Shown here: in pieces, positions 12,095 through 24,300 of the stretch
Position numbering within the stretch: the stretch's first letter is position 1
Layout of the letters: every line of letters starts with the position of its first letter
Origin: Bilabrum cf. latius
Lineage: Eukaryota
Assembly: GCA_965178125.1 (NCBI GenBank)
Contig: OZ237735.1
Location: 1,426,001 to 1,490,000 of the forward strand
Reading direction: 5' to 3'
DNA: 64,000 nt
Notes under the pieces: model-generated
Told to the model about the DNA's origin: nothing
What the model saw: the letters and a program-made list of their open reading frames with translations, nothing else
Database searches by the model: none
Program-made: the position numbers and the translations under genes

Positions 12095-13333
12095 GCTTGC
12101 ATTCGATTCTACGTGTTGCATTATTGCCTATCATTGAGGCTGCAGGATTCTAGATGTGATCAGTGCCAGTGGCCAGGACACCAGGAGGGGTTGGGACAGG
12201 GTGATGACGGCGTCAGTCAGGACAGAGGGAGAGGGAGAGGGTGTGTTGTAAAGAGTACCTCAACCGCTGGCTTGGCGGGGTGAGCAATGGCCAGTGCACC
12301 TTGGTAGGGTAGCATAATGTCGCTCCGGAACGGCACCTGGCGGGTGGGAGCAGGGGTGCAGAGGCGAGTAGAAGGAGCGTCACGGTAGCATTCTTGCAGC
12401 TTTTGTCCATCCGGATGTGTGTTAGGCCTACTAGACGTACCTGGAAAAAGAGCCTAATCATTGACAAGGTTCTGTCTCTAGGCCTTCCCCCGGGGCGTTG
12501 TCCTTGCCGCGGGGGTTCCGCCCGGCGCTGTTCCCCGGCGCGCACCCCTCGCCCGCACCCGGGGCGGGGCCCGGCGCGATCCCCTGCAAGGGGGCTAAAC
12601 ACGCGCGTGACAGGATGGGCCTGGCAGACTCTCAAAAACTAATACACTCATGATGACTAGAGTCGCCAGCGGCACCAGCTAAGAAAGCGCACAGGCAGGG
12701 TGTCATGTTTCACTGGTCCTGCTTGCCATAGATGAAGGTTGGCTGGGGTAACTAGAGGACTTTTGTCTTCGTTTTCACCCCGGACTTGAGCTGGACGAAG
12801 TGGAACATGGTGCGGTGACGGCGCGGCCATGGCGCGGGATGTGCACCACGCCCTGACTGCGGTGCTGGCGGAGGTAAGGCTGTGGTGAGAGCGGCGGTGT
12901 GGGCGGATGTTGTGGGGGCCGAGGGCCTCCGACGTGCTGCAACTACAAGTAGTACTTGTAGGGCCCCGTGCAAGGGAGCTGGGCAGAATCCTCCTTTGCT
13001 CCGAGCAATTTATTCTATCTGGTGACATATGTTTGGGCTTTAGAATTAATTGTGCCGTCGGCAAGTGCATGTGGCGGCTAGGAAGCGCTAGACACAGCTG
13101 ATTCGAATCGATGCCAAAAGTTGATCCACGGGCGGATCGCTGCGTATGACCGGCTCAAGGGACGCCTTTATCGCAGTGGCTGCAATAACACGTTTCAAGT
13201 TCACTAGTCGTGCTCTATACTAATATTATTAGGCCTGTGCCAAGCTGAGGAGGTCTACCATTGGATTGCGATAAAGATCCGAGTTGCAAGCATTGCGCCC
13301 GCACAAAGCCGCCACTCTTGTCCTACTCACACC

Positions 13334-15421
13334 ATGAGCGCGCTTCTGGAATCTTCAATTGTATTTGGACTTGCAACACTGGGCACTACGATCTTGGGAT
13401 CCATCAGCAGCCAGCTAACTTTACCCGTGATGGTGAACTGCTGGGAGGTCCCACACACTAACCTCCAGTGGGGACTCGGTATCTATGCCCTGTGGAATGC
13501 AATCAATGACCCCTTATTTGCATTTATTTAGGACGGAGGTCTGAGCGGAGTCAGTGCCCCGGGCAAGCAGCAAAAGCGGCTTGCAAGATGTATCTTGCTT
13601 GGAGCCTTGCCGTTCGGTCTAGCATTCCTGCTTCCTTGGTTTGATTGGGGTTCTTTACGTCCATACCAGTACTTTTCCACGCAATTTCTGTTCGATGGGT
13701 GCTTTACATTTGTCGTTCTGGCATAGTGTGGGCTGTTCGCTGAACTCGAGGCCTCTCAGCGCGGAAGGGTATGGCTGCTATGCTCGCAATCCATTGCATC
13801 GCTTGCGGGAGCGGGAATATCATGGTGGGCAGTCAATGCCGTGACTCGTCGAAACCCTCCGGCCGACGCGTCCGAGTCGTCGAGCGGGATCGACTGTGAC
13901 GGCTTGCACGCCCTCCGCATCATCACCATCGTCCTCGCCCTTGTGGCCGTGGCCTGCTTTGTGGTGGCCTCCCTTATGGTGCTGGTGGATGAATCCCCGA
14001 AGCGGCTGTTGCCTTCAGATCTCTCCGCAGCCAGCAGTGCCACGGCACCTCGGCTTGGTGCTGCCTAGCGTGCTGGCAGCAGCAGCAGCAGCAGCAGCGG
14101 TACAAACAGCGGAGCAGTGCTGATCGCTGGGACGGAAGGCAGCGAGATAGATGGATCCGGCGGGCGCTCCCAACCCGTGGGTTTATCTTCATAGGGCCTG
14201 GCGGGCAGACGAAGACAGGCAGCGGGTCTGGCCGACGAGGAGGACGGCATGGGGCAAATGGAGCTGGTGGACCGGGGGGACGAGGCGCAGAATCGCGATG
14301 AAGACGGTAATAATGGTGAAAATGAGGATGTCAATGGGGCAACGGATCCTGAGGAGTAGCTGGTCACTCTGCTCTCTGCCTGGGGCCAGGTGCTGATGCA
14401 GCCTGCCTTCATCACGTTTGTGATCGTGAACTTCCTGCAGATCGCACAGATGACCGCCAACAGCGCGTTTGCGGCCGACTTTTTGCCCGTTATTGGTTCT
14501 GCGGCGGCTTCCAGGGAGCTTGCAGCCTCAAGCATGGGCTTAGAGCAGCAAGAGCTCGGTGCATCGGGCAGCGGTGCCGCGGCCAAGTCTCCTGGCTGGT
14601 GGCTGTCCTCTGCGACAACGGTGAGCGTGGCGCAAGGGGCTGGGCCTGTCGCCACGCTACTGGTTTTGCCGGTGGTTTGGAGGCTGGGCCACTCGTACGG
14701 AGCCATCCGTCTCCTGCTGGTGCTGCAGGCGGTCGTCGCGGTACTGTTCGGTCTCGTATTCTCAGTGGCTCCGCTCGCCACGGCAGCTGCAGGCGGGCTG
14801 GAGCAGCAGCAGCCGGCCATCCGCGGTCCGCTGGTGGGCATTCCTGCGATCGATGATGTGGTCACCAGCCAGCTCTCCCTGGCCATGAGTCTTGTTCCCT
14901 AGGCGGAGTGGGTCCCGCACGCCTTTGTGATTTTGCACAGGGCTCTGTGCGGGTGCACCTTCGCGCTGTTCGGGATGGCTGTCAGCGATGTGGCGGAGAG
15001 GGACGCAGAGATCCACGAGCGGCCCAATAAGATCACCACGTCCGTGTTCGCGCTAAACGCGCTCGTCACGAAGCCGGCCGAGAGCGTCGCACCCATGATT
15101 GTGCTGGGGCTGCTGGCGCCATTGGGATACGGTGCCTCTGTGGCTGCAGCATCCACTGGTGCTGGCACTGCTGAGGGGCAGCAGGGGGAGGGAGGGTAGG
15201 CCGGTGGATCACATAATGGTCTAGCCGGAGGCATGTGGTTCGCGCTGTGGGGCAGCGCTGTCTTCGCGTCGTGCCTGCAGCTGCTCGTGTGGCAGTGCTA
15301 CCCGCTGAAAGGGGGCAAGAGGAGGGGCGGGCCCGGCTCCGGGAGTGACAGCGAGGAGGGCCGCGATTCGGGGGAGGAAGTGGGGCGCAAGGGCCGGGCT
15401 CTGGCGCACGAGTCGGACTGA
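13334..15421 (+). CDS. MFS transporter, MFSD13A/TMEM180-like
   Basis: ALWNAINDPLFAFI*D and FDGCFTFVVLA*CGLFAE, plus SVFALNALVTKPAESVAPMIV and multiple TM helices. Five ORF fragments share one frame; TGA end. Confidence 0.85.
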
Positions 15422-15622
15422 GCTCTCATCGCGAGCTCATCTTCGATTGCGGCGGTTGACTTCAGCAGCGGAGCCCTTTGCACCCCTGCCATGCAGGGTT
15501 GCAGCGGGGCACCCGTGGAGTGTGTTTGCGTGTAGCGTGACGGGTTGGACTCATCTTTAGTACAATGCATTCTGCCATGTTAATTGATCGTATTCCACCG
15601 ATGATGCGCTTGTCTCTCCATT

Positions 15623-18035
15623 TCAAGCCACGTACAAGTACAGGTTGGGGTTGCTCTCGTCCCTCTCCATGTAGTCGTTCTCGATCAGGTACTCGATCCT
15701 GCGCTTGATCAGCTTGGGATCCGGCCGGAACAGGGAGAGCTATCGTAGCACCTGGGCGAACAAGTCCTTGTGCGCCATCGTCTTGGCGCTCTTCATGGTC
15801 CGCACGACCGCCGCGTCGATGGCGCTCCGCCTGTCGTCCTCTACCCTCTTCTGAGTGGTGGACTCTTCCAGAATTGCCATCGGGATCTTGAGCCTCCTCC
15901 TGGGGTTCTTGAAATCGACGTTCACGCGGAAGGAGTCGGAGGTCCCGATGGTCCGTCCCGCGGGCGACTTGGTCAGCACCTTGACCTTGCCGCAGCTGAG
16001 AGAGTGCAGGACACGCTTGGCCACGTCCTCGGGCAGGTTCAGGCGCTCCGAAACCGCCGAGAAACTGAGGTCACCCCCTGAATCCCCGAGGTTGTTGAAG
16101 GCAAGGAGGCAGGTTGCTTGCAGGGTGGTGACCTGCAGGTCGTACGTCTTGTCGAACTGTGCCCCTACAAGCGCCTGGCCCTGGCTGTAGCACCAGGCCA
16201 GCTTCCGGTTGGACGTGACCTCTCCGTAGAAATCCTGGAACACGGTCTGGCAGGCCGTCATCTGCGGAGGAACAACGAGCTTGACGTCCTTGAAGGTGGG
16301 CCACCAGCCCTGCGTGAGGATGGTCGTCGAGAACTCCAGGCCGATGTCACGGGCCTTGGCAGCCCCGTCTCCAGCCCGCCACGACTCGAACTTTTTCTAG
16401 AGCTCCGAGGCAAGGCTCAAGTCGTTCATCATTCCCTCCATCTTGCTCGTGTACTGCGGCCCGCACCTCATCTTCAGCTTGCCGATCATGGACTGCTCCG
16501 CCTGCCTGCTGGTCATGGTCTGGTTCAGCAGTCGTCTGGCCAGCTGGTTCCTGTAGATCTCCCCGAACTTGTCCTTGTCAATGATAAAGGCAAACAGCTG
16601 CACCACGCTCTGGAGCGCCTCCTCGATCTCGTCTTCCACGAGCTTTTCCACCCCGCGGAGCACCCTGTCGCAGTACGACGCCAGGTGGTCCGTGGTGCTG
16701 TACTTGCTGCCGGGCGTGTCCCGGTTGATGAACACCTCGAAGGCGTCCTTGAGCGCCTTCTAGAACAGAGAATCTCCGTTAAACTACTCGCCAACCAGCT
16801 TTCGCGAGTTGGTCAGTAGCTCCATCAGCGCCTTCACGAACGCTGGGTTGCCCTGCACCTCCCTGACCTTGCCCGACTTGCCGGCGCCCGAGGCAGCCGC
16901 ACCAGAGGCGCCTCCCTGCCCGCCGCTGTGCGCCCTCTGAGAGATGATCCCCACTCCGGCCTGCTAGATGAATTCCTTCACCACCACGGCGATGGGCTTG
17001 AGCCCCCCGTGCACCCTGCTGAAGAGCCTGTACATCCTAGCCAGGTCCTCCCCCCTGCTCTCCTTGAGAAGGAACAGCAGCCCGCTGCCGTCCTTCTCGA
17101 TCAATGACATCTCGTGCGCAGCGAGCAGCTCGTCCTCCATCACCCCCAAGAGCTCACCCTCGCTCGTGTCGTGGAGGTACGTCTCCACCCGGATGGCCTC
17201 GTCCGTCAGCACGCTCTCCGCGCGGGCCAGGTAGTCCGGCGTGGTGTCGCGGGCGATCCACTCGGCCGCCTGGGAGCGGAAATACTGCGCCGTTGCCTGC
17301 AGCAAGGGCGCCTCCAACGAGTTCCTGTACAGATCCAGGGTGTTCATCCCGCATGCCACGTACACGTCCACGCACCTCTTGACGAGCCCGCCGTCGACGT
17401 GCTCCCCGCTCCTGTCCCGGCGGATGAGCTCGATCACGGCCTTGGCCACGTCGTCCCTGACGTGCATGAAAACGCAGTCCGCGAACAGGCTAAGGCCGGA
17501 GTCCATGAGCCGCGGCAACTTGTGGAAATCGACGTAGTACCGGTCGAGGTACATGAAGAACCGCCGCATCCACTTGTTCATGAGCCCGTGCTGCTCCCAG
17601 CGGCGAGCGAGCTCTTCCAAGAGGAACTGGCCGTGCTGCTTGCGGAGCGCGGGCAATACCTCGGCGGTCAGATACGAACGAATGGTTTCGTGATGGCGCT
17701 AGTACAGGTGCTCGGACCAGTTGTGAGGGGCTGGCTGGATGCACATGTTGTAGCACACGCTGCGGGCGAATGAAGAGAATTGGCGCTCGAGCCGAGAATG
17801 ATGGAATCAAATCGCCCGGTGCTGAATCTGAGCAGCGCTGTATGAGGCAAGCGCTGTGCCAGTGCGCAGCAGATTGCCCGGGCTTTGCTCACGTGTATAT
17901 CTGCATGAATTCCTTCTTCGTAAACTCCGGCTGGCCACCTTGGCCAAAGCGTGTTCGCAACAGTTGGAGTAATCTGTCAATACCATCTCGTTTGATCTGG
18001 TTCCAACCATCTTCGAGCTGGATTATTTCATCCAT
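15623..18035 (-). CDS. CUL1: Cullin-1-like E3 ligase scaffold; intron 17760-17892
   Basis: IQLEDGWNQI...FMQIYT|VCYNMC...LY*RH, FFMYLDRYYV, DKDKFGEIYRNQLARRLL, SKMEGMMNDL, and neddylation domain IDAAVVRTMKS...VLR*LSLFRPDPKLIKRRIEYLIENDYMERD; TGA end. Confidence 0.95.
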
Positions 18036-18455
18036 TTCTACGGACGCTTAAACTGACGTGCCAACAAACCCTCCACGTGCTGCGAATCGATTACTTGAAA
18101 CTACAGGGAGAGGAAAGCATATACTATTACTATTCGAAACTGCAGGCTGCAGCATCACTTTTCCTACGCAAAGATGGCGCACTGGGCGAAACTGAGCGAT
18201 GCGCTGACGTTCCGAGCACACCTCAAGTACAACACTTGCAAGCGAAAACAGTACAATACGGAGCTGAGCTCCTGCAAACTATTAATTTTACGAATTGTCT
18301 CACACAAACCGCGCAGCGTGTTGAATGAGTGCGCTTATCTGGCGGCCACGGAGCCACCAATCCGACCGTCGGCACCCGGCGCCGCGCAATCAACACGGTT
18401 GCAACCAACACATGAAGTTCCGTACGCGAGCTTGGATTCCCAACAGAGTATTAGC

Positions 18456-20647
18456 ATGTTGAGGAAAGGCTTGTTGCGCGCCACGAGGCGGCTACACAAT
18501 GCCAACAGCTTAAACTTTGCTCCGCGTCTGCCGCACGCAAGCTCAACTTGTTTCAAGGGAGTCACTGCGAACAGATGTGATTTGATGGGATACAGATAGG
18601 AGTCTACTGGGTTCCGATGCTTCTCTGCAAATACACCTGACCCTTCAAAGGCTGCAAAGGCTGATTCTACGAAGGAGGCGCGGCGTCCAAGGCCCCGGGC
18701 TGTCAAGGCTCGGTCAAACATCCTCGGAGGAGCCTCTGGAGTTCTGGCGGGCACAACCATGGCTAAAATAAGAAGAGTCCTTCAGTTAGCTGGAGCAACT
18801 GCACTATTTGCTGGCGGTGTATTTGCCGCCTATCAGCTGTATCGTAAGTTGCGCAACGTGTGTGCGATGTCATCCAGAGAGCAGGAGTGCCGCGCAGCAC
18901 ATGAGCCTGCTACTCAACTACTGTTCCTATCGCAGAGAGTGGATTTACTGCTGAAGAGATTATTTCTAGTGTGGCCGACATGGGAGCCACCCCGGTAGAA
19001 GATCACATGGATCCCATCGGCAGAGAGTTTACTGAAGATTTCTTGGTGATCCCACAGTTGTCTCCCGACGATTAGGACGGCATGGAGAAGGAACCAATCA
19101 TAACGGTCATTATGAGGGTAGAGGGCGTATTCATGCAACTAGTGGATCAGGTAAGAAACCTTGGCGGGCCTCCGTTGATTCCGTCGGTGCTTGCGATGAA
19201 TTGGCGGCACAATCGCATCCAAGCTGCGACAACTCATGACTTTTCCCCGCAGAACATCCGAGGGGACCAGTACAGGCGCATCCCAGGCGGTGACAGGTTC
19301 CTGCGGCAGCTCCTGGACGAGTTCAGAGGACAGGTGCACCTGTGGGTCTGGTCCGACGCGAAGATGGGCGTGGCCAGCGACCTCGCCAAGCTGTCCCTGC
19401 AGCTGCCCGGCGACCAGCCGACGGCCACCAACCTCATCCGCAGGAACCAGGGCATGCTCATGGAATACGACTGCGAGCGACCCAGCTTCGTGGGCATGCA
19501 GGCGGCTGCCCTGTCACCAGCCATGCTCTCCTTCGAGCACATGTTCGGCGACAAGAACCCCGTCCTGCCCAACAGCAAGCTCACAAAGGCCGTGCAGGCT
19601 GCCCAGAAGCGACTGGAGCGCATTCGGCAGCAGCTGCAGGATATCGAAGACGAGGAAGCAGCAGAGACCGAACGAGCCGGCAGGGATGCAGAGACAGACA
19701 GCGAGGAAGAGGCCGCCAGGTCTGCCCAGCGCAGGGCAAGAGCCAAGGCGGACAGAGACGCCAGACGCATCCAGCTCCAGGCGCAGCTCAAGCAGCAGGA
19801 GCAGCTAGAGAGACAAGGCCCCATGCAGCGGGAGCAGAAGCCGGGCGAGCCCAAGGAGCTCAAGCCCGTCCGTTGGCTGCAGCAGGTGCCTCGCATCGCT
19901 GGCTCCGTGGTGCTGGTGGACACGGACCCCCGGTCGCTCGACACCAACCCCTTCCAGACGCTGCTGGTGCCTCCCCTGACGGTGCAGGAGGGCGTCAGGC
20001 AGGAGCAACTGAGGCAGGCCGCCGTGGTGGAGGCCACACTGCAGGGTCGCGGTGCCGGAGGGGCGCTGTCGGCCGATGGTGCTGGCAGTGGCAGTGGCGG
20101 TGACTCGCTGGATGCGGCGTCTGACTCGCTGGACCGGCAGGCCGTGTAGCTGCAAGAGCAGACGGCGGTGAGTCCCGACGAGAGTCCCTTCGAGGCCACG
20201 CTGGCCTTCCTGCGTCTGTTCCGGAAGATGTACGCGGCGGGCGAGGTCAAGCAGCCCTCCCAGCTGCTGGTCAAGCTGCAGCGCGAGTACTACGACGAGC
20301 TGTCGGAGGACCCCGCGGCCATGGGCAAGGCCATCGCGCTGGAGACGGCCGAGTTCGAGGACAGGCAGCAAAAGAGGGGGGCCAGTCTGCAGGGGGTGGT
20401 GAGGTAGGGGCTGCAGGGGGCCGCCGCGGTGGCCGTGGGCGAGGCCGGGCGCAGGATCCAGGGCAACCAGGACCGGGCCTCGCTGGGCGGGCAGCGGAGG
20501 AAACGTTCGTTGGTGGCGGAGAAGATGCGTCGCGTGGCAGCTCGTGAGAAGGCCATGATGAAGCGCCAGATGGACGAGCACATGAAGGCTCAGGAGCAGG
20601 CTCAGAAGGAGATGATGGCCAAGGTGGCGTCCGGAGGAGGCATGTGA
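18456..20647 (+). CDS. TIM50: Mitochondrial import subunit TIM50-like (FCP1/NIF HAD fold); introns 18844-18935 and probably 19151-19252
   Basis: Arg-rich presequence, a single TM helix (LAGATALFAGGVFAAYQLY), then YRRIPGGDRFL, VVLVDTDPRSLDTNP and EATLAFLRLF. Both introns are GTAAG..CAG; internal TAGs; TGA end. Confidence 0.7.
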
Positions 20648-21321
20648 TCCTGTGGATAGTCTGCGCCGGTCATACCAGAAGTATCTGCATACATGAACAG
20701 AAAATCGAAACATGAAATAGAGTCTGGACTGTGGTCATTGAACCCATCGAACATTTCTGCCCCCTGTATCGCACATACACTCGCATTTATCCCCAAGGAC
20801 TGGTTCTTCTACACTTGTGGAATGTGCACACTATTTCCCCATGCTTTCAACTGGAGTTGAGTTCACAACATGTCAGATCTCCCCCCACCCACCTCCAACT
20901 GGCCTCGTCGATGTGCGGCTTCCCGTTCCAGTTTTTCGCCTCGTCGACGTGCGTCACCCACACGCCCCACCTCAACCTGCCCGGTCAGTGTCTCTCCCTT
21001 TCAATCCACCATGTCAACCATATGATCCATATCAATCTTCTCCTCCAGTAATCCTCCACCCACCTGGTGTAGCATCACTCCACCCTCCCGTCAACCCTAG
21101 TCCTTCTTGCCCACCCCTGGCCGCCGCTCCTGCTCTTACCTCACTGTACTGGTCACCTCGAACGCTCACTCCTCCGCTCGCTCTGTTAAATCTGTTGCTG
21201 CACCTCGAACAGGAACTGAACCCAACACGCGACCTCAATCTTGAGACCTAATTGGTCTCACCAACAATTTTCTCGCCCCCCGGGGTCTCGCAGGGGGCCA
21301 GCAATCAATGGGCCATATTGA

Positions 21322-24300
21322 TCAAACCGCCAAAGCGCGGATCATCCTACGAAAGCAACTGGCCATTTTGAGCCGAGTGGTTAAACATTGAGAGTGATCC
21401 TCGCCCAGCTCGCGCTCCTCGATGGCCCGGCATTTCATGTACAGATCCAGCGCCTCGGCAAGCTGGCCTTGCGCATGCAAGCAGTCGGCCATGTTGAGCA
21501 GAGTGGTTGCCAAGCTCAGATGGTCCTCGCCCAGCACACGCTCCTCGATGGCCCGAGACTGCCTATATAGATCCAGCGCCTCGGCAAACTTGCCCTGAGT
21601 TTGCAAGCAAGTGCCTGTGTCGTGTAGTGTGCGAGCAAAGTCTGGATGATACTTGCCCAGTACGCGTTCTTGGATTGCCCGGCTCTGCTCATACCGATCT
21701 AGTGCCTCGGCATATTTGCCCTGGGACCGCAAGCAATTACCCATGTTTCCCAGAGCGGTAGCATAGATAGGATGCTCTTTGCCCACGGTGGACGAAACAA
21801 CGGACAGGCTCTGCTTATACAGATCCAGTGCCTCAGCATGCTTGCCCTGGGCCTGCAAGGAATTGCCTATGTTGTGCAGAGTACCTGCATAGACCGTTTT
21901 CTACATGCCCAAGTTGCGCTCAAGAATGGCCCGACACTGCCAAAACAGACCCAATGCTTCATCATGCTTACCCTGTACCTGTAAACAACTGCCCATGCTA
22001 AGCAGAGTGTTCGCATAGCTAGGATGATCGTCGCCCAGCACACGCTCCTCGATGGCCAGGGACTGCCTATATAGATCCAACGCCTCGGCAAACTTGCGCA
22101 ACGCAAGCAAGCAATTGCCCAGATTACCCAGGGTGCGAGCATAGTCTGGATGATACTTGCCCAGCACGCGCTCTTGGATTGCCCGGCTCTGCTCATACCG
22201 ATCCAGTGCCTCGGCATATTTGCCCTGGGATCGCAAGCATCCAGCCATATTGCCCAAAGTTGTTGCGTAGATTGGATGGTCCACGCCCAGCAAGTGCTCC
22301 TGAATCTTCTTGCTCCTCTTGAAACTATCCAGTGCCTCAGCATACTTTCCCTAGTCCTTTAAGCAATTAGCCATATTGTTCAAAGAGCTTGCATAGTCCG
22401 AGTGCTCCTTGCCCAGCACGCGTTCATTAATGGCAAGACACCGCCCATGCAGTTCGAGTGCTTCGGCATACCTGCCTGCGGCCTGCAAGCATACTGCCAT
22501 GTTATTCAATGTGCTTGCATAGTCAGGGTGCTCCTTGCCCAGTGCACGCTCACGAATGGTTCTACAAATACCATGTATATCCAGCGCTTCGGCATACTTG
22601 CCTTGAGCTTCCAAGCATACAGCCTTGCTGTTCAGAATGCTAACATAGTCAGGATGCTCTTTATCAAGCAAACGCCCACGAATTGCCTCACACTGCTCAA
22701 GCAGCTCCAGCGCGTCAGCATACCTTCCCTGTACCCGCAAACAAGTTGCCTTCATGCTGAGAATGCCTGTATAAACGCGATGCCTCTTTCCTAGAACCCG
22801 CTCGCAAATGCCCAGGCTAAACTGGCAGAGGCCCATTGCATCTGCGTACTTCCCCTGGTCCACAAGCGGAGCGAGCAACTTCTTGAGGGCAAATACCAGA
22901 CCAATATCATTCAACAGTCGGAAGAAACCGTCCTTGTGGCAGGGAATACCCCCCAAAGTAGCAGCTTGCTTCTGTAGCTATACTTGGACCCACAATGCGC
23001 CAGCAGAAATGCGCATAGCATCCAATCCAGACGACCGACCAGAGAGTGACTGCAGTGCATCAATAACATTCTCTAGTCCAGTCCCTGCCACCTTCTGAAT
23101 ATGAGCCAGCTCTACAATCAATGACCGCGTCATATCAAATGGTGAAACGAGGTGTCCTCCACCAACTGCAGCAAGATCAGTGCCTACGCATGAGGGGGCA
23201 TCAACTTGTGGAACTGCCTAAGACGGGACAGGCTCCTTGGGTATCAAAAGCTCGGAGCCATCACAGCAATGCAATCCTTTGCATGCATGTAGCGCAGCTG
23301 CACTCGAAATCCAGGCAGGCACTTTATGTGCATTTGAGCCGTGAAAGACGACCAAATCAACACTTGATCGTCCACACGCAGCCATGGATCTCACTATGGA
23401 CTCTCGCGCTTCAATGTCGTCGCACGTCTCAACAAGTAGGCGCACATGGCGTAAACCCAATCCAAATGAATGCATCACACGCTTCAGCACAGCTCGGTGA
23501 GCGATGTGGTCAGTCGAGAAATCGAAACCCGCCTTACTACATACCTCGATCGCAAGTTCCTCCTAGTACCTCACCATGCCCTCTAGCCTCGCCCTCTCGT
23601 ACAGTTTCTCAATCGCCTCCTTGGCCTTGGCTCGGGCAGCACCACCGTCGCTCGGATTCATGATCAAGTCGGGACATAAGCCATCAAATTCAGACCCCAT
23701 CACCTCCCGTAGATGCAAACTGGCCTCTGGTGGCAGAAGGCACGTCAGAGCCATATTACCACAGTAGTACCATTCTGGAGACGATATCATGCCCTTAACT
23801 ACGACTTGGCCATCCTGGCCAATGCCTTGGAATGACACGCTACCGATACTGTGGTGCAGTTGCAGGTATTCTTGCTCAAACTCAACAGCTGACAAACGAG
23901 CTCGACTGTGACCAGCAGAAACCAACTCTTCCACCTGACCTCCCCACCAATGCCTCAGCTCTGCAAGCATGTATGTTCGGCTCGGCTACCCGTGTTGGCC
24001 AGCGTCCATGCCAGAAGCCAATGATGACAAACTACCATACACTGGACGCAAGTTTCCATCGCTCTCGCGCCACTCTGCAAATACCTGAGGCGTGGAATCG
24101 TTTGATGCCATCCAATCCATCCACACTACATCGGGAATCAACAGCCGGTGCGTGTCCAGGACCATACGCTATCCACTTTCAAGCTGGTGCACCTCTACAT
24201 CGAATGGCAACACCTGCCGTGCACATGTACTCCTTGTCGAGCGGGTGACATGTTCAATCCCGTCCATCACTACTCTGCGATAGTCAAGGTTGGCCCCTGT

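Noticed and set aside
12468-12630. Assignment of the structured island as RNase P/MRP or telomerase RNA
   Set aside because: A P4-like pairing is possible, but the flanking CR-I/CR-V consensus and a telomeric template are not evident; kept only as an unassigned candidate.
12657-13070. Short minus-strand ORFs, and an AG|GT junction near 12441 resembling a recursive splice site
   Set aside because: No family motif and no supportable exon structure.
20700-21320. C-rich intergenic stretch with short direct repeats (TCGTCGAyGTGCG) and a GC hairpin
   Set aside because: No recognisable ORF, terminal repeats or RNA motif; it may be UTR or a decayed element.
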